NCBI GenBank assembly: GCA_034520965.1
Contig: JAXHMY010000001.1
Span: 96,001 to 160,000 of the forward strand
From: Spirochaetia bacterium
GTDB taxonomy: Bacteria; Spirochaetota; Spirochaetia; DSM-16054; Sediminispirochaetaceae
Direction: 5' to 3'
Length of the DNA stretch: 64,000 nucleotides
Of this stretch, positions 62,975-64,000 are shown piece after piece. Within the stretch, counting starts at the first letter, position 1, and every line of letters starts with the position of its first letter. The notes beneath the pieces are model-generated. The model ran no database searches and was not told the DNA's origin. It worked only from the letters and a program-made list of their open reading frames with translations. A program made the position numbers and the translations under genes.

Positions 62975-64000
62975 ATGCTGGTTAAAGAACTCATAAACCC
63001 CGCCTCAATTGCGATTGTCGGCGGGTCGAACAATACCCACAAACCGGGTGGCAAGGTTATCGAAAACCTCCTATCGGGAAATTTCGAAGGGCCGATTTAT
63101 CCGGTAAACCCAAAGGAAGCAGAAATCCAGGGGCTGAAGGCCTACAGCAGCAGCGCCGATCTACCGAATGTCGATTTGGCGATTCTGGCAATTCCCTCCT
63201 CACTCTGTACTGCAACGGTGAAAACTCTTACTGAGCAGAAGGGAACCAAGGCTTTTATCATTCTATCGGCCGGTTTTAGCGAAGAGAGTGAGGACGGGGC
63301 TAAGATAGAGCGCGAAGTAGTTGATATTATCAAAGCCCACGACGGCAGCCTGATAGGCCCCAACTGCATTGGGGTGCTTACCCCTTCCTACAACGGTGTT
63401 TTTACCACTCCCATTCCGAAACTCGACCCCCGGGGCTGCGATTTTATCTCCGGTTCGGGAGCCACCGCCGTCTTCATTATGGAGGCGGGCATGCCGAAGG
63501 GGCTTACCTTTTCTCAGGTATTCTCGGTTGGAAACAGTGCGCAAATCGGTGTAGAGGAGGTGCTGGAGTACCTTGATGAAACCTATGACCCCGAACACAG
63601 TTCAAAGGTAAAACTGCTGTACATCGAGAGCATCAACAAACCCCAGAAGCTGCTGAAACACGCCAAGTCACTTATCCGCAAGGGCTGCCGCATTGCAGCT
63701 GTAAAGGCCGGCTCATCTTCCGCCGGCAGCCGGGCGGCCAGCTCTCACACCGGCGCCCTGGCAAGTTCGGACGGCGCCGTGGATGCTCTGTTCCGAAAAG
63801 CCGGCATCGTACGCTGCTATGGACGAGAGGAGTTGACCACAGTGGCCTCTGTATTTATGCATCCCCCCCTCCCGGGCCGGCGAATCGCCGTCATAACCCA
63901 CGCCGGCGGGCCGGCGGTAATGCTCACCGACGCCCTCTCCAACGGCGGGCTGGAAGTTCCGCCGATTGAAGGGCCTGCGGCGGAAGAGCTCAAGGAGCTT
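62975..64000 (+). CDS. ADP-forming acyl/acetate-CoA ligase, partial at the window end
   Basis: Manual translation: SIAIVGGS, YPVNP, SAGFSE, GPNCIG and SSHTGALA. Confidence 0.88.
   Translation, partial: MLVKELINPASIAIVGGSNNTHKPGGKVIENLLSGNFEGPIYPVNPKEAEIQGLKAYSSSADLPNVDLAILAIPSSLCTATVKTLTEQKGTKAFIILSAGFSEESEDGAKIEREVVDIIKAHDGSLIGPNCIGVLTPSYNGVFTTPIPKLDPRGCDFISGSGATAVFIMEAGMPKGLTFSQVFSVGNSAQIGVEEVLEYLDETYDPEHSSKVKLLYIESINKPQKLLKHAKSLIRKGCRIAAVKAGSSSAGSRAASSHTGALASSDGAVDALFRKAGIVRCYGREELTTVASVFMHPPLPGRRIAVITHAGGPAVMLTDALSNGGLEVPPIEGPAAEELKEL

Noticed and set aside
272..63901. Numerous antisense or overlapping ORFs in the six-frame track
   Set aside because: Shadow ORFs of well-supported genes with no recognisable motifs.
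1..64000. tRNA, rRNA, riboswitch or prophage
   Set aside because: None recognised by eye; an Rfam/tRNAscan search would be needed to exclude them formally.

Overview
Bacterial chromosomal window, most likely from a free-living, probably anaerobic and salt-tolerant spirochaete (inferred from protein families and signal-peptide style, not from a database search). About 15 otherwise intact genes are split by single-base indels, mostly in homopolymers, which is best read as sequencing or assembly error. Content: two-component and c-di-GMP signalling genes, three type II toxin-antitoxin modules, a beta-glucan utilisation cluster (ABC transporter, GH5, GH30, YesMN-type regulators), thrC/apgM, catalase, an Fe(III) ABC transporter, a DUF4954+SIS pair, a GmhB-Sua5 fusion, a CstA-ArsA cluster, ablAB, corA, queG, a standalone IMP cyclohydrolase and iorAB with an acyl-CoA synthetase. 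Two signals stand out. (1) A four-copy family of 140-142 bp non-coding elements (CAGC...GCTG, 8-9 bp target-site duplications) made of two palindromes whose arms co-vary between copies; all copies lie in divergent promoter regions. (2) A protein joining a phycobiliprotein-like domain to a CarH-type B12 domain (photocobilin-like), coupled to a histidine kinase.
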